The notes beneath the pieces are model-generated. The model made no database searches, had not been told where the DNA came from, and saw only the letters and a program-made list of their open reading frames with translations. Below, piece by piece: positions 47,843-57,561 of a DNA stretch of 57,561 nt. Both the position numbers and the translations under genes were made by a program. The DNA comes from a virus (Duplodnaviria > Caudoviricetes). Numbering within the stretch: the first letter of the stretch is position 1; each line of letters starts with the position of its first letter. The stretch spans positions 1 to 57,561 of IMG/VR virus record IMGVR_UViG_3300036859_000285; one strand, given 5' to 3'.

Positions 47843-48034
47843 ATGAGCACCTCGCTGCCGGCGCTCGGCCCGTACGCGGCCAAGTGGATGCGCCCGTGCA
47901 CCGCGCGCGGCCGCAACCACGCCGGCGAGGTCGCCGCGTGCGGGGCAACACCGACCCGCCGGTTCATCAATGACTGGCTGTGCCAGCAACACGCCTTGCC
48001 GCAGCCCACGATCACGGCGCCGCTCAAGGTGTAG
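47843..48034 (+). CDS. Small Zn-binding hypothetical protein
   Basis: CGATPTRRFINDWLCQQH. Confidence 0.6.
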   Translation: MSTSLPALGPYAAKWMRPCTARGRNHAGEVAACGATPTRRFINDWLCQQHALPQPTITAPLKV

Positions 48035-48086
48035 GGATACAGTCAGGCATTGTCACTGCAGGTGGTCAACGGGGGGACCAGCCAGC

Positions 48087-48638
48087 ATGAGCTATCCGAA
48101 GCCGCAGATCTTCCGCTCTAAAAGGGCGTCGATCGTCGCCATCTGGCACCAGTGGAAAAAGGACCGCGCGGTCTGGCAGGACCTCGCGCACGCCCTGGTC
48201 GACGATCTCGGGTTTCCCGGGCGGGCGCCCGTCCTGGTGCAGGACCCTGACACGCTCACGCTGTCGGTCGCTGCGATCGAGTACATCGCCGGCGAGCCGA
48301 TCCTGCCCGGCTGGGCCCGCGCCGAGTGCGACGGCCTGCCCGTCCTGGTGCCCGACCCCAGGACGATCACCGGCCGCCGCTCCCAGGACGCGTTACGGGC
48401 GCTGCGCTGCCCGACCGACCCGCGCTGGCTACTGCCCGGCATGCCGCCGACGATCCCGCCCGCCGATCCCGAGTCGCCGCCGGCCTACGCCGCTCTGGAG
48501 TGCCGCCACAACGGCACCGCCCTCTACGTCGTCTGGGACCAGGCGCCGGCCGCCGACCTGATCGACCTGGACCTGTGGCGCGAGGTGCCCTACGCCGAAT
48601 ACCGGCAGACCGCCGCCAGCGAGGCGGGCACCCCATGA
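48087..48638 (+). CDS. Hypothetical protein
   Basis: GC3-rich; coupled to next ORF. Confidence 0.7.
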   Translation: MSYPKPQIFRSKRASIVAIWHQWKKDRAVWQDLAHALVDDLGFPGRAPVLVQDPDTLTLSVAAIEYIAGEPILPGWARAECDGLPVLVPDPRTITGRRSQDALRALRCPTDPRWLLPGMPPTIPPADPESPPAYAALECRHNGTALYVVWDQAPAADLIDLDLWREVPYAEYRQTAASEAGTP

Positions 48639-48877
48639 GCACGCGTCCGCGGCCGCGCTGCCAGTTCTCCGAGCTGTACGTCGACGAGTGCGCCCACTGC
48701 CGCGGCATCGCAGACGCCGGCGCCCGCAGCCCCGCGGCCGCCGCGGCGCCGACCCGAGCCGTCTACGCCGGCAGGTGCGCCGCCTGCAATGAGCCGTTCG
48801 GCGAGGGCGACCCGATCAAGAACGTGCGCGGCCTCGGCTGGATCGCCGGATGCTGCGAGGACTGCGATGGGGCGTAG
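48635..48877 (+). CDS. Cys-rich small protein
   Basis: CAHC, CAAC. Confidence 0.65.
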   Translation: MSTRPRPRCQFSELYVDECAHCRGIADAGARSPAAAAAPTRAVYAGRCAACNEPFGEGDPIKNVRGLGWIAGCCEDCDGA

Positions 48878-49769
48878 TCCGGACGCGTGCCCGGGCGGCT
48901 GCAATCGGTCCTACCGCCGCGCCTGGGACCTGTATGAGCGAGCATTGTCGCGCTGGCTCTTCCAAGAGTTGGCCACGCCTGCCCTCAGGCTGGTCGCTGG
49001 CGGCTGCAACCTGCCCGCCCTACTGCTCGATACCGGCGGGCACCACATCGCCCCTCCTGTGGCCCTGCAGCGGCCCGACCCGCCGCGGATGCCGTTCTGG
49101 GTCGGCGGCCCCTGGTGCGCCCGCTGCCGCGGTCTGATCGCCCGCTGCCTGCGCAACATCGACGACTGGGCCGCCGAGATCGCCGCCGAGAGCGACGGTC
49201 ACCGCGGCGGCAACCACGGCGACAAGATCACCGCCTCGAAAGGCCGGCCGTCGCTGTCTCCGCCGGCCGACCTGCTCGACGTCGTGTACGGCAACCTCGT
49301 CACCCTCGAGGACGAATGGCGGCAGGTCCGCGGCTACCCCAAGCGGCCGCACCGCCGAAAGACGCAACGCGGCGGCTATGCCCGCCGGCTGACGATCGCG
49401 TTCCTGCTCGAGGAACTCGAATACCTGCTGACGCACCCGTCCAGCCACGAGCAGAACAAAACTCTTGACCATCTGCGGGGGTGCGCGAGCGTCCAGGCTG
49501 GCCGCATGATCCTGCGCTGGGAACGCATCCTCATGGACGCCGCCGGCGAGGACCCGCGCCCCTGGTGGGCCGCAGTGGAGTGCCCGCGCTGCCGTCAGCG
49601 TGCCCTGCACCCGCTCAACGACGGCTACATCGGCTGCGGCAACAGTAAATGCAACCGGATCATGACCGAGGACGAATGCCGCCGCGAGCTCGCCGAGCAG
49701 GCCGACGCCCGCCATACCGCGCAGGCTGAGCCGCAGACCGCCGAGCAGGCCCAAGATGTCCCCGCGTGA
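48867..49769 (+). CDS. Zn-binding hypothetical protein (possible late regulator)
   Basis: WCARC...; C-terminal CPRC...CGNSKC. Confidence 0.7.
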   Translation: MGRSPDACPGGCNRSYRRAWDLYERALSRWLFQELATPALRLVAGGCNLPALLLDTGGHHIAPPVALQRPDPPRMPFWVGGPWCARCRGLIARCLRNIDDWAAEIAAESDGHRGGNHGDKITASKGRPSLSPPADLLDVVYGNLVTLEDEWRQVRGYPKRPHRRKTQRGGYARRLTIAFLLEELEYLLTHPSSHEQNKTLDHLRGCASVQAGRMILRWERILMDAAGEDPRPWWAAVECPRCRQRALHPLNDGYIGCGNSKCNRIMTEDECRRELAEQADARHTAQAEPQTAEQAQDVPA

Positions 49770-49974
49770 CTGCTGCTCGCCGTGGCGGCGCCTGCTGTGC
49801 CTGCTCGGCCGGCACGACTGGGTCACCCGCCGACATGAGTTCGGCCGCGACGAGTACGGGATTGCCCTGCTCTGGCTCGCCCGCCGCTGCCTGTGGTGCC
49901 CCAAAACCCGCAGCCTCCCCGAAGACGGCCACGCACCCGCCAAACCGGACCTGCACGACTCACAAGAAACATGA
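49756..49974 (+). CDS. DUF1660-like small protein
   Basis: LLCLLGRHDW...CLWC. Confidence 0.55.
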   Translation: MSPRDCCSPWRRLLCLLGRHDWVTRRHEFGRDEYGIALLWLARRCLWCPKTRSLPEDGHAPAKPDLHDSQET

Positions 49975-49990
49975 ATCAGGAGAGCTGTAC

Positions 49991-50644
49991 GTGACACCTA
50001 TCGTGTTCGTCGACACCGAGACGACCTCGCTGCGGCACGACCGCCGCATCTGGGAAATCGGCATGATCCGCAGAGACGAGACCGGCGACACCGAGATCGG
50101 CATCTACGTCGCCGACGTCGACCTGTCCGAGGCCGACCCCTACAGCCTCGAAATCGGCGGGTTCCACGAGCGGCACCCGCTCTGCCGGCCGAAAGCCGCT
50201 GGCGACACCAACCTGATCCTCGGCGAGCAGGACGCGGCCGCGATCGTCCGCGACTGGACCCACAAGGCGCACCTCGTCGGCACCGTCCCCAACTTCGACG
50301 CCGAGGGCCTGGCGGGCCTCATGCGCCGCGTCTGGATGTGCCCCACCTGGCACTATCACCTGATCGACGCCGAAACCATGGCGATCGGCTGGCTGCACGC
50401 CTGGCAGAGCCTCGAGCCCCTCGAGGATGAGGACGGCAACCCCGCCGCCAGGCCGCTGGGCCTGCCCTGGGACTCCGACGCAGTCTCCAAATCGTGCGGC
50501 GTCGACTCCACGCTGTTCCCGCGGCATACCGCGCTCGGCGACGCCCGCTGGGCTCGAGCCCTGTATGACCGCGTGACCGGTCATCCGACCCCCGAGACAA
50601 CCAAGCCGGCCGACGTCGACCACATCTTTGGTCACCCGTTCTGA
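49991..50644 (+). CDS. DEDDh 3'-5' exonuclease
   Basis: FVDTETT, PNFD, RHTALGDA. Confidence 0.88.
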   Translation: MTPIVFVDTETTSLRHDRRIWEIGMIRRDETGDTEIGIYVADVDLSEADPYSLEIGGFHERHPLCRPKAAGDTNLILGEQDAAAIVRDWTHKAHLVGTVPNFDAEGLAGLMRRVWMCPTWHYHLIDAETMAIGWLHAWQSLEPLEDEDGNPAARPLGLPWDSDAVSKSCGVDSTLFPRHTALGDARWARALYDRVTGHPTPETTKPADVDHIFGHPF

Positions 50645-50661
50645 CCGAGCCGAGGGGGATC

Positions 50662-50907
50662 ATGGACACGATGAACCTGGATGCCGAGCTGACGATCGCG
50701 CAGGTCGTCCTGTACTTCGGCGGCGACGTCTCGTACCGGTGCGTCGACGGCTGGGTACGGCGAGGCCTGCTCAAACCGACCCGCTGCGAGGCGGACGGCC
50801 TGCGGATCCGCCTCGGCGACGCTCTGGAGGCCGAATGCGCGACCAGGTTGACGCGACGCGGCCGGCCGCGACGCCGCCAGGTGCTGGCCAGCCGTAACCA
50901 TTTGTGA
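50662..50907 (+). CDS. MerR-like HTH protein
   Basis: VSYRCVDGWVRRGLLKP. Confidence 0.65.
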   Translation: MDTMNLDAELTIAQVVLYFGGDVSYRCVDGWVRRGLLKPTRCEADGLRIRLGDALEAECATRLTRRGRPRRRQVLASRNHL

Positions 50908-51181
50908 GACCCTCCCGTCGAAACTGGATGATCTATGGTTCCGCTCCGGTTCGTCGGGGGGCGACCGGGAGCCGTTCCGATCTCCAGTAAGCGGGTTGGC
51001 CGGCGACAAGAGGTCACGGCGGATCTCTTCCTCTCGCGGGGATAGCTGGCCACCCGCAACACCCCGAGACGCCGTACAGGTACCGCCCCCGGCCCTGTAC
51101 GGCAACCCCCGGTACGCGGCCCAGACCATCGCCCTCGGCCCCCTGGGCGTGGTCTGGGCCGCCCCAAAAGGCACCATTATG

Positions 51182-51205
51182 AGCCGTCCTCATCGGGCGG
51201 CTTTT
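51182..51205 (+). terminator. Hairpin plus U-tract before the fibre operon
   Basis: AGCCGTCC-tcatc-GGGCGGCT-TTT. Confidence 0.5.
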
Positions 51206-51226
51206 CTCATGTGAGGAGGGCCCCCG

Positions 51227-51682
51227 ATGGGCGACGTCGTCGCGAACATTTCCAAGGGCAACCTGGTGAACTATGCCAACTTGCCCGGGGCAACCGATTC
51301 CTTGATCGCCGTGCTGCTCAAATCCTCGGGGCTCGAGGCCGACGCGACCCTCGTCGACTATGACGACCTGGCCGCGCTGCTCGCCGCAGCCAACGATGAG
51401 TGCGACTTCACGAACTACGCACGGCAGACCATAACCGCGATCGTGGTCACGGTTGACGACACGAACAACCGCGTTGACATCGACTGCGGCGACATCACGT
51501 TTACGAACGCCGGCGGCGCGACGAACAACGCCATCGGCAAGTTGGTCCTCTGCTACAAGCCAGCCTCGGGCAGCGCCGACTCGGCGATCATTCCGATGAC
51601 GTTCCATGACTACGTGGAGACGACCACGGGCAGCACGCTGCAGCTCCAGATCGCCGCGGCCGGTTTCGCTCGAGCAGCCTGA
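51227..51682 (+). CDS. Virion structural (fibre-associated) protein
   Basis: GAGGAGG RBS; TNYARQT...VDDTNNRVD.D..DITF. Confidence 0.7.
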   Translation: MGDVVANISKGNLVNYANLPGATDSLIAVLLKSSGLEADATLVDYDDLAALLAAANDECDFTNYARQTITAIVVTVDDTNNRVDIDCGDITFTNAGGATNNAIGKLVLCYKPASGSADSAIIPMTFHDYVETTTGSTLQLQIAAAGFARAA

Positions 51683-51692
51683 GCGCTGACCG

Positions 51693-52196
51693 ATGGGAAC
51701 CGTCCGGCAGCTGCTCGCCCCCGAGGAAGCTCGTTTCCTGTCCTCGTCGTTCCCGCAGATCGTCCAGAACAACGGCAGCAACTTCCCGGTCACGGGCCTA
51801 GCGTTCGACTCGGGCGCGACCGAGACCGCCTATTTCAAACGCAGGCTGGTCTCGTACGGCTCGGGCAACATCACGATCAACCTGACGTGGTACGCCGACA
51901 CTGCCTCCTCCGGGGTCGTCCGCTGGTCGGGGGCGATCGCCTGCATCACCCCCGACACCGACACCCAAGACGTCGAGACCAAGGCATTCGCGAGCAGCAC
52001 AGACACCGATGACACGCACCTCGGCACGACCGGCCAACGGCTGCATCAGATGAGCCTGGCCATCAACAACCTCGACTCGGCGGCCGCCGGCGACGTCGTC
52101 TGGATCAAAATCTCGCGGCTCGGCGCCCACGCCAACGACACCATGAGCGGCGACGCGATCCTTGTCGAGGCCGAGCTGAGCTACTCCGACACCTGA
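51693..52196 (+). CDS. Probable virion beta-sandwich protein
   Basis: Beta-rich; AAGD...ISR...NDT..GDA. Confidence 0.6.
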   Translation: MGTVRQLLAPEEARFLSSSFPQIVQNNGSNFPVTGLAFDSGATETAYFKRRLVSYGSGNITINLTWYADTASSGVVRWSGAIACITPDTDTQDVETKAFASSTDTDDTHLGTTGQRLHQMSLAINNLDSAAAGDVVWIKISRLGAHANDTMSGDAILVEAELSYSDT

Positions 52197-52209
52197 CCAG
52201 GGGGCGAAG

Positions 52210-54672
52210 GTGTCCGTACGGTTCAGCGCAGACGCCCAGGACTTCACTCGCAGTCTGTCCCTCGGCTCCCAAACCAAGATCACCGTCTGCTGTTGGGTCC
52301 GCCTGCAGGTCGACCGCAACACCACGCAATGCGCTTGGGACATCGACGCAGGCACCGGCGACTCCTACATCATGGAGACCGGCAGCGACGGCACCACGAT
52401 GGGCGTCTGGAACAAGCTGGGAACCCAGCTGTTCACGACCGCGATGACCGTGGGCGTCTGGTACTTCTTCGGATTCTCGTGCAACGGCATCAACTGGACG
52501 GCCACCCGCCGCGCCGCGACCGCCTCGAGCTTCACCGTCAGCACCGGCTCGAGCGCCAACACGTCGACGACCTGCACGAACCTGCAACTCGGCGAGTCCG
52601 CGTTCAACAACGAGTGGATGAACGGCAACCTCGCCGCGTTCAAGCTCTGGGTCGGCCAGACGTTGACGCAGGCCGAAATGGAGGCCGAGGCCTGGTCGTT
52701 CATGCCCGTCCGCGTCGCGAACCTGACCGCCTGGTACCCGTTCCTCAAATCCGAGACGGCCGACTACAGCGGCAACGGCCGCACCCTGTCAGGCGGATCC
52801 GGCACCTCGAGCGAAGACAACCCGCCGATCGCGTGGGGCCCCTACCCGGTACCGCTGTTCCTGCCACCGTCGATCCACATCACTGCAGTCGGCCAGGCCA
52901 CCGAGACCGACACCGCCCAAACGGTCACCAGGGTCAAGATCAGCACCCTGGGCCAAGCTGTCGAGACCGACACCGCGCAGGCGGCCGGCAGGGTCAAGAG
53001 CAAGGCAGTCGGCCAGGCCCTCGAGACCGATACCGCCACGGCCGCCGGCCGAACCAAGACCCGCGCGGTCGGCCAAGCGCTGGAGACCGACACCGCGACC
53101 GCCCTCGGCCGAACCAAGACCCGCGCCCTCGGCCAGGCCCTCGAGACCGACTCGGCCGGCGCTCTCACCCGCAGCAAGACCCGCACCCTCGGCCAGGCCC
53201 TCGAGACCGACACGGCGCAAGCCGTACAGGCCGCGAAAACCAGGGTGACTGGCCAAGCGATCGAGGTCGATTCGGCACATCCTCTCGCCGGCGCGAAAGT
53301 CAGCGTCCTCGGCGAGGCGTTTGAGGTCGACACCGCGCAGCCAGTCACCCGGGCAAAGCTCGCCACCCTCGGCCAAGCTGCCGAGCTCGACGTCGCCCAA
53401 CCGATCACCGGCACGAAGACGTCGACCATCGGCCAGGCCCTCGAGGTCGACTCGGCCGGATCCGTGGCCGGTAGCCACGTCCAGGCGATCGGCCAAGCGG
53501 TCGAGGTCGACACAGCGGCCGCAGTCGCCGGCTCAAAGACCGCGACGATCGGCCAGGCCCTCGAGGTCGACTCGGCCCAGGCCGTACACGGCGTCAAGAC
53601 CAGCGCGCTCGGCCAGGTCCTCGAGCAGGATACGGCGACCGCCGTACAAGCCGCCAAGAGCGCGACCATCGGCCAGGCCGTCGAGGTCGACATTGCCGCC
53701 CCGGTCACCGCGAGCCGCACAGCGACGATCGGCCAGGCCCTCGAGGTCGACAGCGCCCAGGCCGTACACGGCGTCAAGACGCAGCAGGTCGGCCAGGCCC
53801 TCGAGGTCGACTCGGCCCAGGCCTTACACGGCGTCAAGACCGCGACTATCGGCCAGGCCCTCGAGGCAGATCTCGCCCAGCCCATCACCGGCCACGTCAT
53901 CCAAGGCCTCGGCCAAACCGTCGAGGTCGACACCGCGCAGCCCGTCCAGGGCGCGAAAATCCGCGCGATCGGCCAGGCCCTCGAGCAGGACACCGCGGCC
54001 GCCGTACAAGCCGCCAAGAGCGCGACCATCGGCCAGGCCCTCGAGCAGGACGCCGCCAAGGCCGTACAGGGCGTCAAGACCTGGACGATCGGCCAAGCCG
54101 TCGAAGTCGACTCGGCCGGCTCGGTCGCGACGTTCACCTACTTCCAACTTGGCCAATCCGCCGAGCTCGACACCGCGCAGCCCATCACCGGCACGAAGAC
54201 ATCGACCATCGGCCAGGCACTCGAGGCCGACACCGCCGGCAGCACCAGCGCCGGCAAGAGCGCGACCATCGGCCAGGCCCTCGAGCAGGACGCGGCCCAG
54301 GCCGTACAGGGCGTCAAGACCTGGACGATCGGCCAAGCCGTCGAGGTCGACTCGGCCACGGCACTCAGCACCCGCCGGATCACCAGCATCGGCCAAGCCG
54401 CCGAGCAGGACCTCGCCCAGACGTTGACGCGGGTCAAGGTCCGCGCCATCGGCGAGGCTCTCGAGGTCGACACCGCCCAGCCGATTACCGGCCGGCAGAT
54501 CCACGGCGACATCACCGTCACCGCAACCGGCCTCACCCGCGACCGAACCGCCAGCGGGCCCACACAGGGCCGAGCAGGCGGCAACCTCGCCGATGCACGG
54601 TCAGGCCGTCCCGCTGAACGCGGCCGCGGCACCCAAGGCCCCGCCCGCGGCTGGTCCGCCGGCGCGACATAG
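52210..54672 (+). CDS. LamG/ConA-like domain protein with 27 x 20-aa repeats (fibre shaft)
   Basis: VGVWYF, WMNGNLA, DYSGNGR; repeats of type IGQALEVDSAQAV.GVKT. Confidence 0.8.
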   Translation: MSVRFSADAQDFTRSLSLGSQTKITVCCWVRLQVDRNTTQCAWDIDAGTGDSYIMETGSDGTTMGVWNKLGTQLFTTAMTVGVWYFFGFSCNGINWTATRRAATASSFTVSTGSSANTSTTCTNLQLGESAFNNEWMNGNLAAFKLWVGQTLTQAEMEAEAWSFMPVRVANLTAWYPFLKSETADYSGNGRTLSGGSGTSSEDNPPIAWGPYPVPLFLPPSIHITAVGQATETDTAQTVTRVKISTLGQAVETDTAQAAGRVKSKAVGQALETDTATAAGRTKTRAVGQALETDTATALGRTKTRALGQALETDSAGALTRSKTRTLGQALETDTAQAVQAAKTRVTGQAIEVDSAHPLAGAKVSVLGEAFEVDTAQPVTRAKLATLGQAAELDVAQPITGTKTSTIGQALEVDSAGSVAGSHVQAIGQAVEVDTAAAVAGSKTATIGQALEVDSAQAVHGVKTSALGQVLEQDTATAVQAAKSATIGQAVEVDIAAPVTASRTATIGQALEVDSAQAVHGVKTQQVGQALEVDSAQALHGVKTATIGQALEADLAQPITGHVIQGLGQTVEVDTAQPVQGAKIRAIGQALEQDTAAAVQAAKSATIGQALEQDAAKAVQGVKTWTIGQAVEVDSAGSVATFTYFQLGQSAELDTAQPITGTKTSTIGQALEADTAGSTSAGKSATIGQALEQDAAQAVQGVKTWTIGQAVEVDSATALSTRRITSIGQAAEQDLAQTLTRVKVRAIGEALEVDTAQPITGRQIHGDITVTATGLTRDRTASGPTQGRAGGNLADARSGRPAERGRGTQGPARGWSAGAT
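52888..54500 (+). repeat. 60-bp tandem coding repeat, 27 copies
   Basis: GGCCAGGCCCTCGAG-type unit recurs every 60 bp from 52891 to 54451. Confidence 0.95.
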
Positions 54673-54863
54673 GAACTCCCATTTAGGGGGCGACGCACAG
54701 AGATGGATGTCCGACCTCGGCCCGTGGCCGCAAGGGGTCTGCGAGCGCCCGCAGCTCAGAGAGCAGGTCTCTGTCACCCCCGCACCGCCAGGTAACACAG
54801 TTCGGCGCCGTACCACGGTTGGGCGCCGAACCCCCACAACGGCCCCGTAGGGAGGTGACGACA

Positions 54864-56315
54864 ATGCTGCGCATCGACAGCGGATCGAGCGAATGGATAC
54901 GGCTCCCGCTCGCCGGCGAGACCAACCTCACCGACTGGGACGTCGAGATGGCCGTCACCCCCTACGGAACCAAACCCACCGAGGACGACTGGAAAACGGC
55001 CACCTGGGACACCGCCACAACCCCCAAAATCAAGATCGGCCCCGGCACAGACCTCGAGCTCGAAGACGGCACTTACCAGGTACGAGCCCGAATCCACACG
55101 CCCGAGGAAACCCCCATCATCCGCGGGCCGATCCTCCTGCGCTACGGCACGACGACCTACGTGCCAGGCGGCAGCTCAGGCGGCAGCAGCGACGGCGCCG
55201 TCGACAGCGTCAACGGCCACACAGGCGCCGTCGTGCTCACCGCGACAGACGTCGGAGCAGACGTCGCCGGCGCGGCCGCCACGGCACAGACCGCCGCCCA
55301 GGCCTACGCCGACACCGCCGCCAACACTGCCGCCGGCGCACGCCTCGCCAAGAGCGCCAACCTGTCCGACCTGGCCAGCGCGAGCACCGCCCGCGGCAAC
55401 CTCGGCCTCGGCGACTCGGCAACCCGCAACATCGGCACCAGCTCAGGCACCGCCGCGGCCGGCGACGACTCACGCATCACCGGCGCCGCCCAGAAGACGG
55501 CCAACCTCTCAGACCTGCCGAGCCCGAACACGGCGCGGACCAACCTCGGGCTCGGCGGGGCCGCCCTGCTCAACATCGGCACCAGCGCGGGCACCGCGGC
55601 CGCCGGCGACGACACCAGGATCACGGGGGCCGCCCAAAAGACGGCCAACCTGTCCGACCTCGCCAGCGCAAGCACCGCGCGGATCAACCTCGGACTCGGC
55701 GCGGCCGCCCTGCTCAACGTCGGCACCAGCGCGGGCACAGTCGCCGCCGGCGACGACTACCGCATCCTCGACGCAACCCAGAAGAGCACCGTCTACCCGC
55801 TCGCCGGATACGGCCTGCTCGCCGCAAGCGGCGTACCCGAGGCGTTCAACACCCCAAGCTCGTACGGCTCGGGCGTCTTCGCCTGCCGCGTCTGGATCCC
55901 CGCGGGCGCGGCGATCACCTCGCTCTGGACCGCCGTCCTGGCCGGCGGCACCTACAGCTCAGGCGGCCCTAACCAGCTCGGCCTCTACGACGACGACGCC
56001 CTGCAGGTCGCACTCACCGCCGACGACCCCACCCTGTGGAGCGCAGCAGGATGGCGAGGCGGCGCCCTGGCCGGCGGCCCCATCCCCGCTCAGACCGTGG
56101 GCAGGTTCGTCTACCTGCTGACCATCGCGAACGGCTACAGCGGTCTGCAACTCCCGTTCGGCCCTGCCGGATCACACGGCGCATGGTTCGCAACCGGACC
56201 AGGCACGACCAAACGCCGCGCGATCTACAACAACGTCGCGTCAATGCCCGCCTCGTTCGACCCGAGCAGCTACGGCAGCGCGACCTCGTACGAGCCCCTG
56301 GTCGGCGTCAGCTAG
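54864..56315 (+). CDS. Tail-fibre-like protein with 3 x 48-aa repeats
   Basis: VDSVNGHTGAVVL; KSANLSDL...ARxNLGLG...AGDDSRI repeats (144-bp period, 55350-55781). Confidence 0.8.
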   Translation: MLRIDSGSSEWIRLPLAGETNLTDWDVEMAVTPYGTKPTEDDWKTATWDTATTPKIKIGPGTDLELEDGTYQVRARIHTPEETPIIRGPILLRYGTTTYVPGGSSGGSSDGAVDSVNGHTGAVVLTATDVGADVAGAAATAQTAAQAYADTAANTAAGARLAKSANLSDLASASTARGNLGLGDSATRNIGTSSGTAAAGDDSRITGAAQKTANLSDLPSPNTARTNLGLGGAALLNIGTSAGTAAAGDDTRITGAAQKTANLSDLASASTARINLGLGAAALLNVGTSAGTVAAGDDYRILDATQKSTVYPLAGYGLLAASGVPEAFNTPSSYGSGVFACRVWIPAGAAITSLWTAVLAGGTYSSGGPNQLGLYDDDALQVALTADDPTLWSAAGWRGGALAGGPIPAQTVGRFVYLLTIANGYSGLQLPFGPAGSHGAWFATGPGTTKRRAIYNNVASMPASFDPSSYGSATSYEPLVGVS

Positions 56316-56354
56316 ACCTCGCCACCCGTACCTTCGCTATGGAGTTGAGACACC

Positions 56355-56684
56355 ATGCCTCGAGCAAACCTGACGGTCACCAAGCTCAACCGCGATGGCG
56401 TCACCGACGTCACCCCGACCACCGGCGATGCAACTAACGGACACGCCATGGCCAATACGGGAATCACTGTCCTGCGGGTGCAGAACGCTCACGCCACTCT
56501 CGCTAAGACCGTCACCTTCGTGACGCCCGGCTCGGTCGACGGCCAGGCCGTAGCCGACCGCACCGAGTCGATCCCCGCCCTGACAACCCAGTTCTTCGGC
56601 GACTTCCAGCCCTCGATCTACGGCTCGTCACTCGGCATCAACGTCGAGTCGACCGACATCAAGCTCACCGCATACGAGCCGTAA
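56355..56684 (+). CDS. Small probable virion protein
   Basis: GGAG RBS; beta-rich; TPGSVDG.AVADR. Confidence 0.65.
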   Translation: MPRANLTVTKLNRDGVTDVTPTTGDATNGHAMANTGITVLRVQNAHATLAKTVTFVTPGSVDGQAVADRTESIPALTTQFFGDFQPSIYGSSLGINVESTDIKLTAYEP

Positions 56685-56859
56685 TGGACGTAGCCGTTGT
56701 AAGCGGGGCAATCCGCGCAGGCGGCTGGTGCGAGGGATGCCAGACCTCGAGCCTGCTCACCAGCACCCTGTACGCCGTCCCCCTGCACGGGGTCCCGACA
56801 CCGCAACCCATCGCCACCTGGCGAACCTGCCCTCGCTGCGACTGCGGAGAGAACCCCGC

Positions 56860-57255
56860 ATGCCTACCCGCCCACAATCCAGATGCACCACAACCGGCTG
56901 CCCAGGCCTGACAGACGGCGGACCTTGCGACGACTGCAGGACCAAGCGGCGCAAGGACACCGACAAGCGGCGTGGTACCGCAGCCGAGCGCGGGTACGGC
57001 GGCCGCCGATGGCGAGCAGCACGCCGCGCCGTGCTGCGACGTGACCCGGTCTGCACCTGCACCGCAACCTGTCCCGACCACGGCCCTCGCTGCCCGCGGC
57101 CGAGCACCGCATCTGACCACTACCCGCGCGAACGCAAGGACCTGATCGCCGCCGGCGTCGCCGATCCTGATGCACCCCACCTGATGCGCGGCATGTGCGA
57201 GCCCTGCCACAACCGCAAGACCGCAGCGACTAGACAAGGGGGATGGAACGCGTGA
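56860..57255 (+). CDS. HNH endonuclease (packaging-associated)
   Basis: ERGYG..W...R..VL.RDP.C...DH...LMRGMCEPCHNRKT. Confidence 0.88.
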   Translation: MPTRPQSRCTTTGCPGLTDGGPCDDCRTKRRKDTDKRRGTAAERGYGGRRWRAARRAVLRRDPVCTCTATCPDHGPRCPRPSTASDHYPRERKDLIAAGVADPDAPHLMRGMCEPCHNRKTAATRQGGWNA

Positions 57256-57503
57256 CCCAACCCGAGCGACCGCTACCGCCCGACCCAACAGGCGGCGCGA
57301 CGTGCGACGGCGGGCACTGTGCGCAACGATCCGCGGGCTGGCGATGGGACGCCGACCTCAACCTCTGGATGCCCGTCTGCCTCGAGCACAGCGCAGGCGC
57401 CGAGCCGGACGACTACGTTGCAGATGATGCGATGGTCTGGCGCGAAGGGCGTCCCAGGTATGGGCGCATGGATGCGCCTCTGCGAACCGGACGTAAGGGG
57501 TAG
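57252..57503 (+). CDS. Small hypothetical protein
   Basis: GTGA coupling; CDGGHC...VCLEH. Confidence 0.45.
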   Translation: MTQPERPLPPDPTGGATCDGGHCAQRSAGWRWDADLNLWMPVCLEHSAGAEPDDYVADDAMVWREGRPRYGRMDAPLRTGRKG

Positions 57504-57561
57504 GGGGTCGCAATCTCCACAGCTATGGATCTTGGAGACCGCCGAGGTGGCGATGCGCATG
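57497..57561. other. Probable cos-proximal region
   Basis: GGGGTAGGGGGTC...GAGACCGCC after HNH, where cos lies in HK97-like phages. Confidence 0.4.

Noticed and set aside
52888-54500. 60-bp periodic repeats as a CRISPR array or DGR
   Set aside because: In-frame coding repeats with synonymous variation; no cas or reverse transcriptase genes

Overview
Near-complete genome of a temperate, high-GC actinobacterial siphovirus with HK97-type head and cos/HNH packaging. It is seen in non-integrated gene order and no host genes are visible. The window starts inside terL and ends in the probable cos region, so the small terminase lies outside it. Gene order: terL; an inverted 2-gene insert; portal-MuF fusion, protease, capsid and neck; tail with a -1 frameshift chaperone and a tape measure carrying NlpC/P60; an accessory block; displaced amidase and holin; tandem-HTH regulator; replication initiator with internal palindromic iterons; candidate attP, a degenerate stand-alone resolvase domain and a large serine integrase; sigma-like gene and a truncated PglX-like methyltransferase; accessory genes; a plasmid/AICE-type conjugal transfer module; XRE regulator; exonuclease; a pre-terminase block of fibre-like genes; HNH. 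The most striking feature is the transfer module at about 37.0-43.1 kb. It has a TraB FtsK ATPase, Spd-like membrane proteins, clt-like repeats, a Kor-like HTH with a shared operator, and two helical proteins sharing a C-terminal motif. This suggests a tailed phage that may also spread by TraB-mediated dsDNA conjugation. All family assignments come from motifs recognised by eye; no database searches were run.
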